Shown here in pieces: positions 7,687-9,160 of a stretch of 9,160 bases of DNA (positions within the stretch are counted from its first letter, which is position 1; every line of letters begins with the position of its first letter). A program made the translations under genes and the position numbers. Source of the DNA: Selaginella moellendorffii. Lineage: Eukaryota; Plantae; Lycopodiophyta. The notes under the pieces are model-generated. The model was not told the DNA's origin. It worked only from the letters and a program-made list of their open reading frames with translations, and made no database searches. Location of the stretch: positions 1-9,160 of the forward strand of contig NW_003314621.1 of NCBI RefSeq assembly GCF_000143415.4, written 5' to 3'.

Positions 7687-8402
7687 TGTTCCTTAGTCTG
7701 ACTTTTATTGGTGATCAAGTATATCACCACTGGTGTTGGCAACGGAAGGTCCGAGAAGTGGGCCTATCCTTGAGGAGTAGCAGGTCGGGAAGACATGGCT
7801 CTCCATTACAGTTCATGTGTGAACTTGTAGACAAGGTGGTGGATAGAAAAGGGGCCAATAATGGAACGACTTTGGGATCTTGGGAACAGTGCAAGGTTTT
7901 CCTCATTGAGTTGAGGAGGTGATCCAGATGAGCGTTTGACTCAGCAAACGGGCTAATGTAGTTGGGGTAAACAACTATAGTTGGGATCACGGGGAAGATA
8001 GAGACTCCAAAAACAATAAAGGAGTCACAAGTTTATCCTCACATGGTTGAGGCTGGTGCTCATGAAGGTGAGACCGGAATGGATGACCGTGAGAGGTCAA
8101 GTATGGATGAGGATACGAGTCCTCGAAATGGTAGCCGGGGCTACCTCTAATAAATGCTGGAACAACCCAAGGAGTTGGGGGTGTATTAAGTGGATGAGTT
8201 GGTATTCTCATCACATGGACAAGTAGTCCTAAGGGGCAAAGTTTGCCCCCAGAGAACAAAATCAAGTGTCGAAGTAACACTTGTGAAAATAGTCCTTTTG
8301 AGTAGGACAGGAATGCAAGAAGTGTATTCCAGTGAGCTAGTGCCTCACAAGTAGGACCTTACGGGTCGGTGGATTAACCAAGTCCAAAACTGCTAGACAA
8401 CT

Positions 8403-8863
8403 CAAGTAGAGTCAAGGGATGGTCCTAAAAGGACTGATAGAAGCATTTGGACTGAGGTGCGTTGTACCCCACAAAGGATGGGGGGGGATCATAGGATCCA
8501 AGGATGAGAACAGAGAGTATCTCATCGATAGCAAAATGTGCCATGTTAAAGTTATGGGAAAGGTGTTCCCAGAAGAAAACAACTTTGACACAAAGTTGTG
8601 TGTGACCTCTATGGTGTAGTGCTAACGGATGGTTAGCATGAGAAAGAGCGGTGTTGGTCTTGGCAAAGACTTAAACACGAAGGGGAAGTGTCATAGAGGT
8701 AGGCTCGTGGAGCTGATGGTGTGGAGACACCAAATGTGCCAAGGTGTGATACCTTGAGGCTATGTTGGTGGGTTCATGAGAACCCCTTACCAAAGAAATC
8801 CCAATGGAAATGGGAATGGCATAGCCTAAGCGGCAGAGCATGCAGTTGGAGTGCAGTGACCTA
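8403..8863 (+). pseudogene. Possible highly degenerate Ty3/gypsy integrase remnant
   Basis: By-eye only. One frame at 8675-8863 reads TRRGSVIEVGSW...LEAMLVGS*EPLTK...PKRQSMQLECSDL, echoing RR..F.VGD.V...L.P.F.GPF.I...LP..M..HVS.L with similar spacing. 8409-8456 reads ESRDGPKRTDRSIWTE (cf. SDRGP.FTS.FW). Multiple stops and frameshifts. Confidence 0.3.
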
Positions 8864-9160
8864 GATAATGATGGAGGTGTGCAAGCACCAAGCAATGAGT
8901 TGTAGGACTTGACAACTATGAGGCAACTAAGCAAGAGGTGCAAAATAACTGGTTAAACGGGTAGAAGGTAGCTACGCAAGACTTCTAGTATAGGGAAGTT
9001 GGATATACCCTTACGGGGGATAAGTTGCTTATGTTGCGATATAGTAAGTCAATGTCATAAAAGGAAATACTCATTGTCAAGAAAGCCATCATTGGGACAC
9101 CCGAACACTCTAGAACACCAAAAGGTGGTGTTTGAAGTCGCGAGGGCAATGGATAAAGCC

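Larger units (their letters stand above)
6019..9160 (+). mobile_element. LTR retrotransposon, + strand copy (5' LTR, PBS, internal region; continues beyond window), probably non-autonomous or decayed, tentatively Ty3/gypsy
   Basis: LTR with TG...CA termini followed by a tRNA-iMet PBS. No long ORF in the 1.47 kb after the PBS. Superfamily call rests only on faint integrase C-terminal traces. Confidence 0.85.

Noticed and set aside
4936-7890. Long TIRs of a Foldback/Mutator element, DIRS-type inverted termini, or an assembly fold-back artefact
   Set aside because: Each arm contains an LTR end plus tRNA PBS, the spacer starts at the TG of a complete LTR, and the arms differ by about 8% in the sampled stretch, with indels elsewhere.

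Overview
Eukaryotic, plant-like genomic DNA (Arabidopsis-type CCCTAAA telomere tract, tRNA-iMet primer-binding sites, a very short candidate intron); a non-seed land plant such as a lycophyte is only my guess. The window is a transposon nest with no recognisable host gene. Left half: a Sola-like (DUF7869-type) DDD cut-and-paste transposase ORF (1831-4242). It has an in-frame upstream extension cut off by a single TGA, a probable 52-nt terminal intron adding an acidic tail, and recurring ATGGCATGTG motifs on both flanks. Right half: two related copies of one LTR retrotransposon family in opposite orientation. A complete + strand 5' LTR (6019-7672, TGTGAG...CTCACA, followed by a PBS) sits directly against, and apparently inserted into, the 5' LTR of a - strand copy (5154-6018, with its own PBS). 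This creates a ~1.08 kb-arm inverted repeat (4936-6018 / 6809-7890) whose loop holds a layered minisatellite/microsatellite. The internal region after the + PBS has no long ORF but shows faint, by-eye traces of gag/integrase/chromodomain. There is a 444-N assembly gap at 1243-1686.
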